Notes: generated from the letters alone by a model not told the origin. A DNA stretch of 64,000 nucleotides from a bacterium (GCA_028685295.1 JAQUEL010000003.1:11104-75103), one strand, 5' to 3'. Positions 1 through 11,037 are shown, counted from the first letter of the stretch. Translations and numbers: made by a program.

Positions 1-611
1 AGATTAGAGAGATCATCAAGACTGCGTTTAAGGATTTCGCCATCATTTATTTGCGGACAGAGCACAAGCTGCGTGTGCATCTTGACGCCTGAAGAGGTGA
101 ACTCCTTCAATACCGCCATAATATTTCCGGCTGCGGAATTACCCATCAACCTGCCCCTCACGGCGGGATCGGTGGCTTGTACCGATATATAAAGCGGACT
201 CAGGCGCAATTTCTTTATGCGCTCCAACTCGTTTTTTGATAGATTAGTAGTGGTTATGTAATTGCCGGCCAGAAAGGAGAGCCTGTAATCATCATCGCGT
301 ATTCTGAGCGTCTTTCTTACATCGGGAGGTAATTGCTCCACAAAGCAGAAAAGGCACCTGTTGGCGCATGTCTTAACTTTGAACGAGGGATCATCAACCG
401 TTAGGCCAAAGAGATAATCACCGGCTAAAGGCTCTGTTTTCGCCGTCACTCCATTACGCTTATAGGTTATGACCTGATCATTCTCTGCGGACATAAATTT
501 AAAATCGATTATATCATCTACGGCCTGGCCGCCGATTGCCAGGATTTCATCGCCCGGGAGTAAAATCCGGTGGCTTGAGGATTCCGAAACAGCGAGAATA
601 CGTACCGGCAT
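1..611 (-). CDS. PDZ-domain radical SAM protein (DUF512-like), partial; C-terminus lies off the window edge
   Basis: Reverse-complement translation from ATG at 609-611 gives MPVRILAVSESS... with a PDZ-like segment (GDEILAIGGQAVDD) and a CxxxCxxC radical-SAM motif (CANRCLFC). Its start overlaps the ispH stop as TAATG. Not in the ORF track because it runs off the edge. Confidence 0.6.
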   Translation of the reverse strand, partial: MPVRILAVSESSSHRILLPGDEILAIGGQAVDDIIDFKFMSAENDQVITYKRNGVTAKTEPLAGDYLFGLTVDDPSFKVKTCANRCLFCFVEQLPPDVRKTLRIRDDDYRLSFLAGNYITTTNLSKNELERIKKLRLSPLYISVQATDPAVRGRLMGNSAAGNIMAVLKEFTSSGVKMHTQLVLCPQINDGEILKRSLDDLSN

Positions 612-1474
612 TATTGTTCACCAGCCAGCTTTTCGATCTTTTGGATGACATCGTTAATTATCCAATCAGGCGTTGATGCTCCTGCTGAAACTCCTATATG
701 AGCTGCTCCTTCAATATCCTTCCTATCTATGCCGTCAGCAGTCTCCACGTGAAGGGTTTTTGTCTTCTCCTGACAAATGTCGACAAGCCGATTGGTATTG
801 GCGCTGTTAAATCCGCCCACGACTATCATCAGCTCACATTCGGTTGCCAGCATACCAGCATGGCGCTGGCGTACCTCAGTGGCTTCACATATGGTATTGA
901 ATACTCGCGTTTCAGGAGCTCTGGCTATCAAAGCAGCCGCTATCTCCTGTAATGTGGAGAGGCGCTGAGTAGTTTGTGCCAGCAAGGCGTATTTTTTATC
1001 ACTTGCAAGTTGTTGACAATCTTCAGCGCTTTTTACCGTCAGGGCTTCATTGCCTGCACAGGCCAGAACAGCCTCCACTTCGGGATGTCCCCTGTCACCC
1101 AGAATTACGACACAGTAACCCTGTCCAGCCATATTCGCAGCTATCCGTTGAGCCTTGAGAACGAATGGGCAGGTGGCATCTATGACCTTCAGGTGCTTCT
1201 CTTTTGCCTCAGTCACTATGGCCGGAGCCACTCCGTGCGATGGTATAAGCAAGGCTCCTTTATCAATTTCATCGAGGGAGGAGATTGTCGTAAGGCCTTC
1301 CGCCTCAAGGCGTTGAATTACTTGAGGATTATGTATCAAGGGCCCCAGCGAACATACAGAACCGGTGCGGCCCTGCCTGACAGCATTAGTGGCTGTATTT
1401 ATGGCTCTTCTGACGCCAAAACAAAAGCCGGCTTTCTCTGCTAAAACTATCTTTACTTCCGACATAACTGCCAT
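611..1474 (-). CDS. ispH: 4-hydroxy-3-methylbut-2-enyl diphosphate reductase
   Basis: 287 aa. N-terminal KIVLAEKAGFCFGVRRAI and conserved Cys/His positions typical of IspH/LytB. Confidence 0.9.
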   Translation of the reverse strand: MAVMSEVKIVLAEKAGFCFGVRRAINTATNAVRQGRTGSVCSLGPLIHNPQVIQRLEAEGLTTISSLDEIDKGALLIPSHGVAPAIVTEAKEKHLKVIDATCPFVLKAQRIAANMAGQGYCVVILGDRGHPEVEAVLACAGNEALTVKSAEDCQQLASDKKYALLAQTTQRLSTLQEIAAALIARAPETRVFNTICEATEVRQRHAGMLATECELMIVVGGFNSANTNRLVDICQEKTKTLHVETADGIDRKDIEGAAHIGVSAGASTPDWIINDVIQKIEKLAGEQ

Positions 1475-1504
1475 AGTATATCATGTGTACGGTCATTCAG
1501 GCAA

Positions 1505-1538
1505 AAGGAGCCGGGGGGCATCAGGATCCCGGCTCCTT
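1505..1538 (-). terminator. Rho-independent terminator downstream of the large secreted-protein gene
   Basis: 10-bp GC-rich stem AAGGAGCCGGG...CCCGGCUCCUU, followed by a U-tract on the minus strand. Also has a T-run on the plus side, so possibly bidirectional. Confidence 0.6.
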
Positions 1539-1566
1539 ATCTTTAATCTATTAAAGAATTGAAGGT

Positions 1567-4500
1567 TTATCTGTCGCCTAGTTTGAAATTTACCATGGTG
1601 CGGCCTTCATCTTTTACCATCACTTTGTCGATCACCTTGGTTACCATTCCCTGTGCGGAAGCGCGCACCTTGTATTGAGCCCCCCTCAGATCGCCTATCA
1701 TATATCTTCCATCAAATTCAGTATAAGCAGCTTTAATGACGGATTCTTCCTTTGTTACAGGATTTGTCCAGATAACTTCGATCAGCGCTCTGGAAATCGG
1801 CGTAACATCGTTGGATGCCATCATGACTCTGCCATATATCAGACCTCTGGTTACTGTAGAAAGCCTAAAGTCGACATTGGCAGTCCTGCCACCGGTTATA
1901 ATGCATCCAATGGCATGATCATAGTAGCCCGGATATTTAGCTCTTATATAGGCATAGCTGCCGGAATCGATGCCCATTATGGTATAGCTGCCATCCGACA
2001 GAGTTGTTGTCTTATAAACAGGCTTGGTATCGTTTGAACCCAGATAAACTTCAATAACCGCATTGTTAATAGGCTTAACGCCGTCGGTAACCGTACCGGT
2101 CACCCTGCCGGTTCTAAGCCATGTTATGAAGCTGCCCATAAGACGTGCCCGGTTATTCATGACGGCATATTCCGTCGATGCCGCCTCTCCACCACCACCA
2201 CCACCGGCGGCGGCATTCTTAGTTTCGGGATCTTGAAAGGATTCAAAACCCGGGCGGATACTTTCAAAACCGAATGCCAAAAAGATGGTCTTATAATTCT
2301 TTTGCGTATTCCAATAACAGATCCCGGCGGCATTGCTTATCAGCTTAGGCTTTGCCGGTTCAGCACCGGCAAAATCGGGAAGCGCACCGGCATTATCGGT
2401 ATTACCCGCACTGCCGGAATCACCGCCGTCATCAGCGGAGCTTTGACTGCTATATGTCAAGATAGCCTCAGCCGGTGCCTCCGGCATAACAACATCATTC
2501 CACCACTGGTTCTTACAGGCATCACCGGCCCAATAATCAGGATCCGGGCCTGAATCTTTAGTGCCATAATAATAACCGGCCAGCTTTAGCTGCAAACCGC
2601 CACCGCCACCGGCGGCATTATCATCACCTTCAGCCGGCTTAGCTTCGTCGGCCTTATCTCTGACGACAAATATACCACCCGAACCATCTACATCCCCTTG
2701 TCCCGGTAAATCGGCAATACTGCCCTTAGCAGGGGTAAGAGTCCATTTTCCAGCCTGATCGGCAATATAACGGACCTTCATATATGCAGTCAAAAATTTA
2801 TTGTATACCTTGCCATCTTTAGTCAAGGCCCAGGCCACATCCTGTCCCGTCACCATCAGACGACCGCCGTAATCCAGGAATTTCATCAATGTGTCCTGTG
2901 CCTCGGGATCCTCTATGGTACCTGCATCGGTCCATAAATTACCGGCATAAGGACTTCCCCATATAACACACTTATCGCTATTCGAATAGGTTAATAGAGT
3001 GGCGGTATCTATAGGGCCACGGCAGATTATTCTCCATTCATCATAACTTTCGCCGTAAAAGGGATCCCTGGGCTCGGTACCACGCCGCATTATGCCTGTG
3101 GAGCCGCCGGCCCCCTCCAGCCACCAGCCCTTTGACCAGGCATAACCGGACCATTTGATCGTGCCGGCGTTGGACTCATATGACCATGATTTCTTAAAAT
3201 AACTCTCGGCCGGATTCATCAGCCAGCCCGGTCGGTTATATGAACCGCCGTATCTGACGGCGTCAAAGCGTTGTCCGCACATATAATCGTTTACCAGTAA
3301 TATTTTACTGCTGGGCACAAAGATCTTGGTGGTAAAGCCGGTAATGTTATCGTATGCCTTGGTATTGCCGGCTTTATCCTTAACAACTATATTGATGTAA
3401 TACTCGCCTTCTCCACCTTTGGTGCTGATGGCGTTGGCATAAATACCGTCACCGGCCAGCCCATCATTATGCTTACCGTCATCAAAGAGCTCTATAGTAT
3501 CCACTATTTCGTAATCAGTGTGAACTCTGACCTTTATAGCCGGGGTATCTCCGCCACCGCCGGCACCTCCATCCGGAGCACCACCGCCGCCGTCGCCAGC
3601 AGAAGATGCACTACCTTCTGAAATCAGCTTTTCTGTCTGATCTTTATAAATAAACTTATCGGCGTTCTTTATCTGTGCATATACTTTACCTACACCGCTG
3701 TGCCTGTCTTCTACCTTGGCCGTAATGACCACCTTATCGCCGGGGCGGGCCTGCCTGGGAGAAACAACCGGTAAACGGGTAAGATAAGGCGGATTGGTAT
3801 CTCTTACGCTGGAAAGCCAAATATCATTGTTTCCGTCTCTATTGGAGACAAAAAGTATCCTGTTCAATTCCGGTTTCCGTGAGCATTCGGGATCAAAGGT
3901 ATTATATCCATCCCAATTAATAAGCGTTGTCGGCGATCCGCCTGTCACCGGTATGGAACAGACGGAAGTGGTATTGCCTTCCCTTGATGAGTAATATATT
4001 ACCCTGCCATCCAACGACCATGATGGAAAAGCGTCGTCCTGCCCATTTGTCAGCTTTACGGCTTTGCTACCGGGGAAAGGCATCATCCAGATATTACGTT
4101 TTCCGGCTCTATCGGAAACAAAAGCAATACTTGTACCGTTGGGAGACCATACAGGATGATAATTATTTCCCACCTGATCGGGCAACAGCGTAATATTGGC
4201 ATCCTGTACATTTGTATCAAAGCTTCTGGAATCTATGGTATATAGCTTATATTGCCCCTCGGCACCACGATTGGAAGCAAAGACTATACGGCTTCCATCA
4301 GGTGACCATGAAGGGTCTTTCTCATCGCTCTCATTTAAAAAATATGTCAAATTGCGTAGGCCGCCGCCATCGATATTGATGCGCCAGATATCAAATGTAC
4401 TCTTTGCATCATTCTTGGCGGAGAAGACTATGGACAGTGAATTAGGATACCATGCAGGGGACATGGCAACAGATCCGGCACCCTTGAAAGCTGTTAAACG

Positions 4501-4788
4501 ACGACAATCAGAGCCGTCGACTTTCATTAACCATATCTCATATTTTCCACTACGGTTGGATGTAAAAGCGATACTCTCCCCATTCGGGGCCCATGCCGGA
4601 TAGAGATCATCGCTAGGCTTATTTTGAACCGTCTGATGGTTGAACGTGAGATTCAACAACTTATCGGTAAGAATGCCGGGCTCCCTGGTTAACGGCTCGG
4701 CACAAATTATCCTATAATCCGCATATAATATGGTCAGGGCCAATACTAATAGAAGAACAAAACGCTTCATTGCTCCCCCCGGCAGCAT
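1567..4788 (-). CDS. Large secreted modular protein: signal peptide, TolB-like WD40/PD40 beta-propeller repeats, glycine-rich linkers, central Trp/Tyr-rich domain, two C-terminal carboxypeptidase-regulatory-like (Ig-fold) domains
   Basis: 1073 aa. N-terminal signal peptide MKRFVLLLVLALTILYA. Repeated PD40 motifs (WAPNGESIAFTSNRSG, WSPDGSRIVFASNRG, WSPNGTSIAFVSDRAG). Low-complexity poly-Gly tracts (GGGGAPDGGAGGGGD; AAGGGGGGEAAS). C-terminal GTVTDG...SDGSYTI and GLIYGRV... segments resemble CarboxypepD_reg. SD GGGGGGAG lies upstream. Confidence 0.7.
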   Translation of the reverse strand: MLPGGAMKRFVLLLVLALTILYADYRIICAEPLTREPGILTDKLLNLTFNHQTVQNKPSDDLYPAWAPNGESIAFTSNRSGKYEIWLMKVDGSDCRRLTAFKGAGSVAMSPAWYPNSLSIVFSAKNDAKSTFDIWRINIDGGGLRNLTYFLNESDEKDPSWSPDGSRIVFASNRGAEGQYKLYTIDSRSFDTNVQDANITLLPDQVGNNYHPVWSPNGTSIAFVSDRAGKRNIWMMPFPGSKAVKLTNGQDDAFPSWSLDGRVIYYSSREGNTTSVCSIPVTGGSPTTLINWDGYNTFDPECSRKPELNRILFVSNRDGNNDIWLSSVRDTNPPYLTRLPVVSPRQARPGDKVVITAKVEDRHSGVGKVYAQIKNADKFIYKDQTEKLISEGSASSAGDGGGGAPDGGAGGGGDTPAIKVRVHTDYEIVDTIELFDDGKHNDGLAGDGIYANAISTKGGEGEYYINIVVKDKAGNTKAYDNITGFTTKIFVPSSKILLVNDYMCGQRFDAVRYGGSYNRPGWLMNPAESYFKKSWSYESNAGTIKWSGYAWSKGWWLEGAGGSTGIMRRGTEPRDPFYGESYDEWRIICRGPIDTATLLTYSNSDKCVIWGSPYAGNLWTDAGTIEDPEAQDTLMKFLDYGGRLMVTGQDVAWALTKDGKVYNKFLTAYMKVRYIADQAGKWTLTPAKGSIADLPGQGDVDGSGGIFVVRDKADEAKPAEGDDNAAGGGGGLQLKLAGYYYGTKDSGPDPDYWAGDACKNQWWNDVVMPEAPAEAILTYSSQSSADDGGDSGSAGNTDNAGALPDFAGAEPAKPKLISNAAGICYWNTQKNYKTIFLAFGFESIRPGFESFQDPETKNAAAGGGGGGEAASTEYAVMNNRARLMGSFITWLRTGRVTGTVTDGVKPINNAVIEVYLGSNDTKPVYKTTTLSDGSYTIMGIDSGSYAYIRAKYPGYYDHAIGCIITGGRTANVDFRLSTVTRGLIYGRVMMASNDVTPISRALIEVIWTNPVTKEESVIKAAYTEFDGRYMIGDLRGAQYKVRASAQGMVTKVIDKVMVKDEGRTMVNFKLGDR

Positions 4789-4878
4789 AAATAAAATTGG
4801 TACATCTTATCTTAAATTCTTCATGAAGCCCGGATTATCCTTCAACGGAAAAGTTTCAAGGATAAAAGCATCGCTGAC

Positions 4879-6468
4879 TTACAGCTTTGCATCTGGATCG
4901 ACCTCTATGCTTTCTTTTAGCAGGGCATAAACAAGACTGTCTACAAGCGCCAGCCAACTGGCTTCAATGATATTCTCAGACACACCGATGGTGCCCCATG
5001 AGGAGAGACCGTCAGAGCTTTCCACCAAGACTCTTACTTTAGCAGCGGTCCCTGATGCTTCGTCTATAACCCTGACCTTGAAATCCGTCAATTTCATATT
5101 ACTCAAAGAAGGATAAAATTGCAACAGAGCCTTACGCAAGGCATTGTCCAGTGCATGTACCGGGCCATCGCCCTCCGCTACGGCATGCACACACTGTCCG
5201 TCGACCCGTAATTTTATAGTGGCCTCTGTGATCAGGGCATTATCGGCACCTCGTTTTTCGATAATAACCCTGAAGCCCTCAAGATCAAAGAGCTTACGGT
5301 AGTTGCCTTTAGCCTTGTGGATAAGTATCTCAAAAGAGGCCTCGGCACCTTCAAACTGATAGCCTTCATGCTCAAGCTTGACAAGATTCGACATGATCTC
5401 CTTTAAGGCGGCATCATCGAGATTGGTATGCATCTGCTCAGCTTTATGAAGGACATTGCTCTTGCCTGAAAGCTCGGAGATAAGTATGCGCCTTTTATTG
5501 CCTATTTTTTCCGGCTCGATATGCTCATAGGTGCATGCCGATCGGCTGACAGCGCTGACATGAACCCCACCTTTATGAGCAAAGGCACTATTACCGACAA
5601 AAGGCTGATGGCTGGCATGGTGTATATTGGCGATCTCATAAACGTAGTGCGACAGTGAAGTCAATGCTTCAAGATTTACAGCCGCCTGCAACCCCATTTT
5701 CAATACCAAGGAAGGAATGACGGAGCAGAGATCTGCATTACCACAGCGCTCTCCAAAACCATTTACAGTGCCCTGGACCTGAGTAACGCCGCCTTCTACG
5801 GCTACCAGCGCATTAGCCACTGCCAGTCCGCTGTCATTATGCGTATGTATGCCCAAGGGTAAGCCGTAATGCTTGCTGACAATAGCCGATACCACCTCTA
5901 TTATGCGCGTGGGAAGCGTTCCACCATTGGTATCACACAAAACGAGTATGGAGGCACCTCCTTCTGCAGCCGCTTCCAGTACCTTAATGGCATATTCGGG
6001 ATTATCGGCGTAGCCGTCAAAGAAGTGCTCGGCATCAAATATAACCTGGCGCCCTTTGCCGGCCAGAAAAGAGACCGAATCCCGAACCATGGAGAGATTC
6101 TCTTCCAGCGTCGTCTTTAAGGCGGCTTCAACGTGCAGGTCCCAGGCCTTCCCAAAAATGGTCACCACTGGTGCCCCGCAGGCCAACAGCGCCAGGATGT
6201 TGCTATCATCGCCGGAGGTTACCTTGGGTCGCCGTGTCATCCCAAAGGCAGCCAAACGAGCATTTTTCAAAGGCTCGTCTTTCATGATTCTGAAGAATTC
6301 CAGATCCTTGGGATTAGAAAACGGCCACCCACCTTCAACATAATCAAAGCCCGTATCGTCGAGTTTCCTAGCAATAAGAACTTTATCGGAAACGGAAAAA
6401 GATATCCCTTCCATCTGAGACCCATCACGCAAAGTCGTATCGTATATCTCTATATGTTTCAAAGGCAA
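4879..6468 (-). CDS. cimA: (R)-citramalate synthase (LeuA/homocitrate synthase family with LeuA-dimer C-terminal domain)
   Basis: 529 aa. N-terminal IYDTTLRDGSQMEGISFS. The ~530-aa length with a C-terminal regulatory domain is characteristic of CimA rather than LeuA. Last gene of the ilv-leu operon. Confidence 0.7.
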   Translation of the reverse strand: MPLKHIEIYDTTLRDGSQMEGISFSVSDKVLIARKLDDTGFDYVEGGWPFSNPKDLEFFRIMKDEPLKNARLAAFGMTRRPKVTSGDDSNILALLACGAPVVTIFGKAWDLHVEAALKTTLEENLSMVRDSVSFLAGKGRQVIFDAEHFFDGYADNPEYAIKVLEAAAEGGASILVLCDTNGGTLPTRIIEVVSAIVSKHYGLPLGIHTHNDSGLAVANALVAVEGGVTQVQGTVNGFGERCGNADLCSVIPSLVLKMGLQAAVNLEALTSLSHYVYEIANIHHASHQPFVGNSAFAHKGGVHVSAVSRSACTYEHIEPEKIGNKRRILISELSGKSNVLHKAEQMHTNLDDAALKEIMSNLVKLEHEGYQFEGAEASFEILIHKAKGNYRKLFDLEGFRVIIEKRGADNALITEATIKLRVDGQCVHAVAEGDGPVHALDNALRKALLQFYPSLSNMKLTDFKVRVIDEASGTAAKVRVLVESSDGLSSWGTIGVSENIIEASWLALVDSLVYALLKESIEVDPDAKL

Positions 6469-6577
6469 TGCTCCTTACGCAGCTTTTAAGCCTGAAATAT
6501 AAAGCTTATCGGCTTTATACTTGGCAGTTGTTTTAAGATAAAGCTCTTCACTTGTCCGGTAAGCTTGTTTTCAGTGT

Positions 6578-7069
6578 TCAATAGCCCTTAGTCTTAACAT
6601 AATTGATCAAACCGCCGGCGGCAATTAGATCTCGCATAAAGAGGGGAAACTCCTGAGCGGTATATTCGCATCCCGTGGTAATATTACGTATATATCCTTT
6701 ATCTAGGATGACCTCCACCTCATCATTTTCATTAATTCCCTCAGCAGCTTCAGGGCTCTCCAATATAGGAAGGCCTATATTAATAGCATTTCTATAAAAG
6801 ATGCGGGCGAACGATTTAGCTATAACACAACTTACTCCTGCCGCTTGTATGGCAATGGGGGCATGTTCGCGCGAGCTGCCGCAACCAAAATTATCTCCAC
6901 CCACAAGTATATCGCCCGGCTGTACTCCGGCGGCAAAAGAAGCGTTGATATCCTCCATGCAATGCCGGGCCAATTCGATAGGATCCGATGTATTCAAATA
7001 TCTGGCAGGAATAATGACATCCGTATCCACGTTATCGCCGAACTTCCAAACGTTTCCTTTTATTTGCAT
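6578..7069 (-). CDS. leuD: 3-isopropylmalate dehydratase small subunit
   Basis: 163 aa. [25 protein letters not shown] is typical of the LeuD/aconitase swivel domain. Confidence 0.9.
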   Translation of the reverse strand: MQIKGNVWKFGDNVDTDVIIPARYLNTSDPIELARHCMEDINASFAAGVQPGDILVGGDNFGCGSSREHAPIAIQAAGVSCVIAKSFARIFYRNAINIGLPILESPEAAEGINENDEVEVILDKGYIRNITTGCEYTAQEFPLFMRDLIAAGGLINYVKTKGY

Positions 7070-7085
7070 ATTAAATCAGCCTTTC

Positions 7086-8345
7086 TTAAATCTCATCCGG
7101 AGAAACGATTCTTCCAGCCACGGCAGAAGCCGCTGCAACTGCAGGGTTGGATAAGTAGACCTCACTCTGAGGATGCCCCATACGTCCCACAAAATTACGA
7201 TTAGTAGTGGCAATAGCTCTCTCTCCGCCGGCCAAGATACCCATATGGCCACCAAGGCATGGACCGCAGGTGGGAGTGCTGAAAGCAGCGCCGGCTTCCA
7301 CCAGAGTCTCCGCCAGGCCCTCTCTGATAGCCTGCAGATAGATCTCCTGAGTGCCGGGAATAACAATCAAGCGCACTTTTTTATTTACCTTTCTCCCCTT
7401 CAACACTTTAGCAGCAATCCTCAGATCCTCTATTCTGCCGTTGGTACAAGAGCCTATCACCGCCTGATCTATTGATACATCGCCTGCCTGGCTTACAGGA
7501 CGAGCGTTCTCCGGCAGATGGGGAAAAGCAACCATCGGTTCCAGGGCAGAGACATCGATATTATGAATGGAATGGTATATCGCGTCATTATCACTGACGT
7601 AAAGTATAAAATCATGCTTGGCCCTTCCAGTCATGTAATCGACTGTCTGCTGATCCGGCGGTATGATTCCGTTCTTGCCACCCGCCTCGATAGCCATATT
7701 ACAAATTGTAAACCTGTCGGCCATCGTCATGTAATCGAACGTATCTCCGGTGAACTCCATAGCTCTGTACAGAGCTCCGTCGACACCTATCATCCCAATG
7801 ATATAAAGTATGAGATCCTTGCCGGATACCCATTTGCCCGGACGTCCCGTGCAGACAAATTTCATACTCTCCGGAACCTTGATCCAGCACTCGCCGGTAG
7901 CCATGGCGGCTGCCATATCCGTACTGCCCATGCCGGTGGAAAAAGCACCGAGCGCACCATAGGTGCAGGTATGCGAATCCGCACCTATGACCAGATCGCC
8001 GGCAACCACCAAGCCTTTATCCGGCAGAAGGGTATGCTCTATACCCATGCAACCTATCTCGAAAAAGTTTTTTATCCCGTATGCTTCTGCAAACCGACGC
8101 ATGATCTTAACTTGCTCTGCCGCCTTGATATCCTTATTGGGCGTGAAGTGATCCGGCACCAGAGCGATCTTGTCACGGTCGAATACTCTCTCGGCGCCGA
8201 TCTTTTCGAACGCCTTTATGGCTACCGGAGCGGTGATATCATTGCCGAGAACAAGGTCTACCCCGGCATTAATCAATTCTCCCGGCCTGACAACGCCTTT
8301 GTCGGCATGCGCTGCCAGTATCTTTTCGGTTATCGTCATTCCCAT
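7086..8345 (-). CDS. leuC: 3-isopropylmalate dehydratase large subunit
   Basis: 419 aa. [12 protein letters not shown]... with aconitase-family Cys ligands. Confidence 0.9.
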   Translation of the reverse strand: MGMTITEKILAAHADKGVVRPGELINAGVDLVLGNDITAPVAIKAFEKIGAERVFDRDKIALVPDHFTPNKDIKAAEQVKIMRRFAEAYGIKNFFEIGCMGIEHTLLPDKGLVVAGDLVIGADSHTCTYGALGAFSTGMGSTDMAAAMATGECWIKVPESMKFVCTGRPGKWVSGKDLILYIIGMIGVDGALYRAMEFTGDTFDYMTMADRFTICNMAIEAGGKNGIIPPDQQTVDYMTGRAKHDFILYVSDNDAIYHSIHNIDVSALEPMVAFPHLPENARPVSQAGDVSIDQAVIGSCTNGRIEDLRIAAKVLKGRKVNKKVRLIVIPGTQEIYLQAIREGLAETLVEAGAAFSTPTCGPCLGGHMGILAGGERAIATTNRNFVGRMGHPQSEVYLSNPAVAAASAVAGRIVSPDEI

Positions 8346-8357
8346 TAGTTATAGCTC

Positions 8358-9878
8358 CTATCGTGATTTCGATTCATATGCCAGCTTATTCAGCGCCTGA
8401 ATATATGCCTTGGCACTGGCCTCTATGATATCGGTACTGCTCCCTCTTCCGGTAAAAATACGCCCTTGGTTGTTACCCAGACGTACCATCACTTCACCCA
8501 GTGCATCCGTTCCCCCGGTTACGGACTTTACTGAATAATCGATAAGCTTATGTTGAAAGTCTACAATATTGTCTATAGTCTTGTAAACGGCATCGACAGA
8601 TCCTACGCCTACAGCGGTATCGATTATCTCCACCCCATCGCGAATAATCCTGATTGCGGCCTCTGGAATAGTGGTCGTTCCTGATGATACATGCATATAA
8701 TCGAGTGTAAAAGTCTCGGGTACAGTATAGACTTCATCAGCAATAATGGATTCGATATCTCTGTCGGATACCTCTTTCTTCTTATCCGCCAGATCCTTGA
8801 AACGTATAAAGGCTTTATTAAGATCATCCTTATCAAGAGCGTAGCCCATCTCATTGAGCTTCTTCTCAAAGGCATGCCGGCCGGAGTGTTTTCCCAATAC
8901 CAACTGACTCTCATTAAGGCCTATATCCCTGGCATCCATTATCTCATAGGTGCTCCGTTCGCACATCACGCCATGCTGATGTATACCGGCTTCATGAGCA
9001 AAGGCATTGACTCCGACAATGGCTTTATTGGGCTGAACTATTATTCCGGTCATATCGCTGACCATCCGGCTGCTCTTATATATCTCCTGCGTATTTATAT
9101 TGGTCTCCAGGCCAAAATAATCCGCACGGGTGGCCAGGGCCATAACGATCTCTTCCAGAGCGGTATTGCCTGCTCTCTCCCCTATGCCGTTCAGCGTACA
9201 CTCAACCTGATCGGCTCCCGCTTCTACAGCTGCCAATGCATTGGCAGCTGCCAGCCCCAGGTCATTATGACAGTGCACGCTTATAGTTACACCTTCTATA
9301 CCCTTTACCCGTTCCCTGATAGTGGAGATAAGCCGACTGAATTCAGTCGGCAATATATAGCCGACGGTATCGGGTATATTCAGAACTGTGGCGCCTGCAT
9401 CGATAACAGCCTCAAGCACACGGCAAAGATAATCGGCATCGGTCCGGGAAGCGTCTTCCGCCGAAAATTCTACATCATCGGTGTATTTTCTAGCATAGGA
9501 AACGGCATCCACGGCCATGTTCAGAACATCATCATGGCTCTTCTTCAGCTTATGGGTCAAATGAATATCGGAGGTAGCAATAAAAGTATGGATACGCGAT
9601 CTATCTGCATACTGCAAAGCTTCCCAGGCACGATCAATATCTTTACGGTTAGCCCGACAAAGCCCGGCGATAACCGGACCTTTGATATTTTTGGCGATCG
9701 CTTTTACCGCATCGAAATCACCCTGTGAGGAAATAGGAAAGCCGGCCTCTATTACATCTACGTTCAAGCGTGCCAATTGACGTGCAATTTCCAGCTTTTC
9801 ATCGGGATTGAGGCTGGCGCCGGGCGACTGCTCTCCATCTCTGAGGGTGGTATCGAAAATATTAATTATCCTATCCAA
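8358..9878 (-). CDS. leuA: 2-isopropylmalate synthase
   Basis: [17 protein letters not shown] plus a LeuA-dimer C-terminal domain. The ORF track starts at GTG (9887). A TTG at 9876-9878 with SD GGGAGG 8 nt upstream is the more plausible start. Confidence 0.85.
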   Translation of the reverse strand: MDRIINIFDTTLRDGEQSPGASLNPDEKLEIARQLARLNVDVIEAGFPISSQGDFDAVKAIAKNIKGPVIAGLCRANRKDIDRAWEALQYADRSRIHTFIATSDIHLTHKLKKSHDDVLNMAVDAVSYARKYTDDVEFSAEDASRTDADYLCRVLEAVIDAGATVLNIPDTVGYILPTEFSRLISTIRERVKGIEGVTISVHCHNDLGLAAANALAAVEAGADQVECTLNGIGERAGNTALEEIVMALATRADYFGLETNINTQEIYKSSRMVSDMTGIIVQPNKAIVGVNAFAHEAGIHQHGVMCERSTYEIMDARDIGLNESQLVLGKHSGRHAFEKKLNEMGYALDKDDLNKAFIRFKDLADKKKEVSDRDIESIIADEVYTVPETFTLDYMHVSSGTTTIPEAAIRIIRDGVEIIDTAVGVGSVDAVYKTIDNIVDFQHKLIDYSVKSVTGGTDALGEVMVRLGNNQGRIFTGRGSSTDIIEASAKAYIQALNKLAYESKSR

Positions 9879-9903
9879 CCTTTGCACCTCCCATATCAGC
9901 TAT

Positions 9904-10030
9904 AAAGCCCGAAGTCCGAAGCAGTTTATGCTCAGGCAAACTGCTTTTGCCTCTAAACCGTCATGATTGCTTCTCAGCCTTAAAGGCTATCGGTTTATGT
10001 CTGAGTTCTCCTCCGGGCTTCGGACTTCGG
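9904..10030 (-). promoter_or_regulatory. Structured intercistronic RNA element between ilvC and leuA. A perfect 18-bp terminal inverted repeat encloses three internal hairpins.
   Basis: AAAGCCCGAAGTCCGAAG at 9904-9921 is the exact reverse complement of 10013-10030. The interior contains the hairpins GCAGUUU-N10-AAACUGC, AGCCU-UUA-AGGCU and AAACCG...CGGUUU. There is no ORF and no 3' U-tract on the operon strand. Confidence 0.5.
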
Positions 10031-10044
10031 GCTTTACTTTCAGA

Positions 10045-11037
10045 TTATTTCTTCAGCCATACCATCATATCACGCAGCTCCGCGCCTACCTTCTCAATAA
10101 GGTGCTCCTTGCCCATTCTGGCGAGAGCATTGAATACAGGGCGATTGGCCTGGTTCTCCAGCATCCATTCACGAGCAAATTCACCGGTCTGGATCTCGGC
10201 TAGTATCTCTTCCATCTCCTCACGGACATAGTCATTGACTATTCTCGGGCCGCGGGTAAGATCACCATACTCAGCTGTATTACTGATGGAATTACGCATG
10301 GTGGCTATACCGCCTTCATACAAAAGATCTACAATCAGCTTAAGCTCATGCAGACACTCAAAATAGGCTATTTCAGGCTGGTAACCAGCGTTCACTAAGG
10401 TTTCAAAGCCAGCTGTAACCAAGGCAGTGGCACCGCCGCAGAGAACAGCCTGCTCACCAAAAAGATCGGTTTCGGTTTCCTCCTGGAAGGTTGTTTCCAG
10501 AACGCCTGCTCTGGTAGCACCTATACCGGCAGCATAAGCCAGGGCCAACTGCTTGGCCTTGCCGGTATGATCCTGATAAACCGCTATGAGCGCAGGCACT
10601 CCGGCGCCTTCCGTGTAAACTCTTCTAACAAGATGCCCCGGTCCCTTGGGTGCTACCATCAATACATCAACATCAGCAGGAGGAACTATCTGGCCGAAAT
10701 GGATATTGAAGCCATGTGAAAAAAGCAACGCGTTGCCCGGCTTCAGGCCTTTCTGAACCTCGTTTTTGTAAACCTTGGATTGAACCTCATCTTCGGTAAG
10801 GATCTGAATTATATCAGCCTTCCCGGCGGCTTCTGCGGCGCCAAGGGGTGTAAAGCCGTCTTCAACGGCCTTCTTCCAGTTAGCGCTGCCTTCCAAATCG
10901 CTGACGATTACATTGAGGCCGCTGTCTCTCAAGTTCTGCGCCTGAGCATGCCCCTGGCTGCCATATCCGATAATAGCTATAACCTTTCCCTTCAACAGAC
11001 CCAGATCGGCATCCTTGTCATAATAAATCTTTGCCAT
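10045..11037 (-). CDS. ilvC: Ketol-acid reductoisomerase
   Basis: 330 aa. [40 protein letters not shown]. Confidence 0.95.
   Translation of the reverse strand: MAKIYYDKDADLGLLKGKVIAIIGYGSQGHAQAQNLRDSGLNVIVSDLEGSANWKKAVEDGFTPLGAAEAAGKADIIQILTEDEVQSKVYKNEVQKGLKPGNALLFSHGFNIHFGQIVPPADVDVLMVAPKGPGHLVRRVYTEGAGVPALIAVYQDHTGKAKQLALAYAAGIGATRAGVLETTFQEETETDLFGEQAVLCGGATALVTAGFETLVNAGYQPEIAYFECLHELKLIVDLLYEGGIATMRNSISNTAEYGDLTRGPRIVNDYVREEMEEILAEIQTGEFAREWMLENQANRPVFNALARMGKEHLIEKVGAELRDMMVWLKK

Noticed and set aside
8691-9728. Long plus-strand ORFs antisense to leuA (345 aa), leuC (7518-8348), ribD (23755-24645), ribE (22824-23537) and the aminotransferase (16120-16665)
   Set aside because: Each lies entirely within, and antisense to, a confidently identified conserved gene. 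Their composition is low-complexity and they lack an RBS. They are typical shadow ORFs.
9921-9950. Plus-strand terminator-like hairpin (GCAGTTT-N10-AAACTGC followed by TTTT) inside the ilvC-leuA spacer
   Set aside because: There is no plus-strand gene upstream to terminate. It is more simply one of the internal hairpins of the minus-strand structured element.
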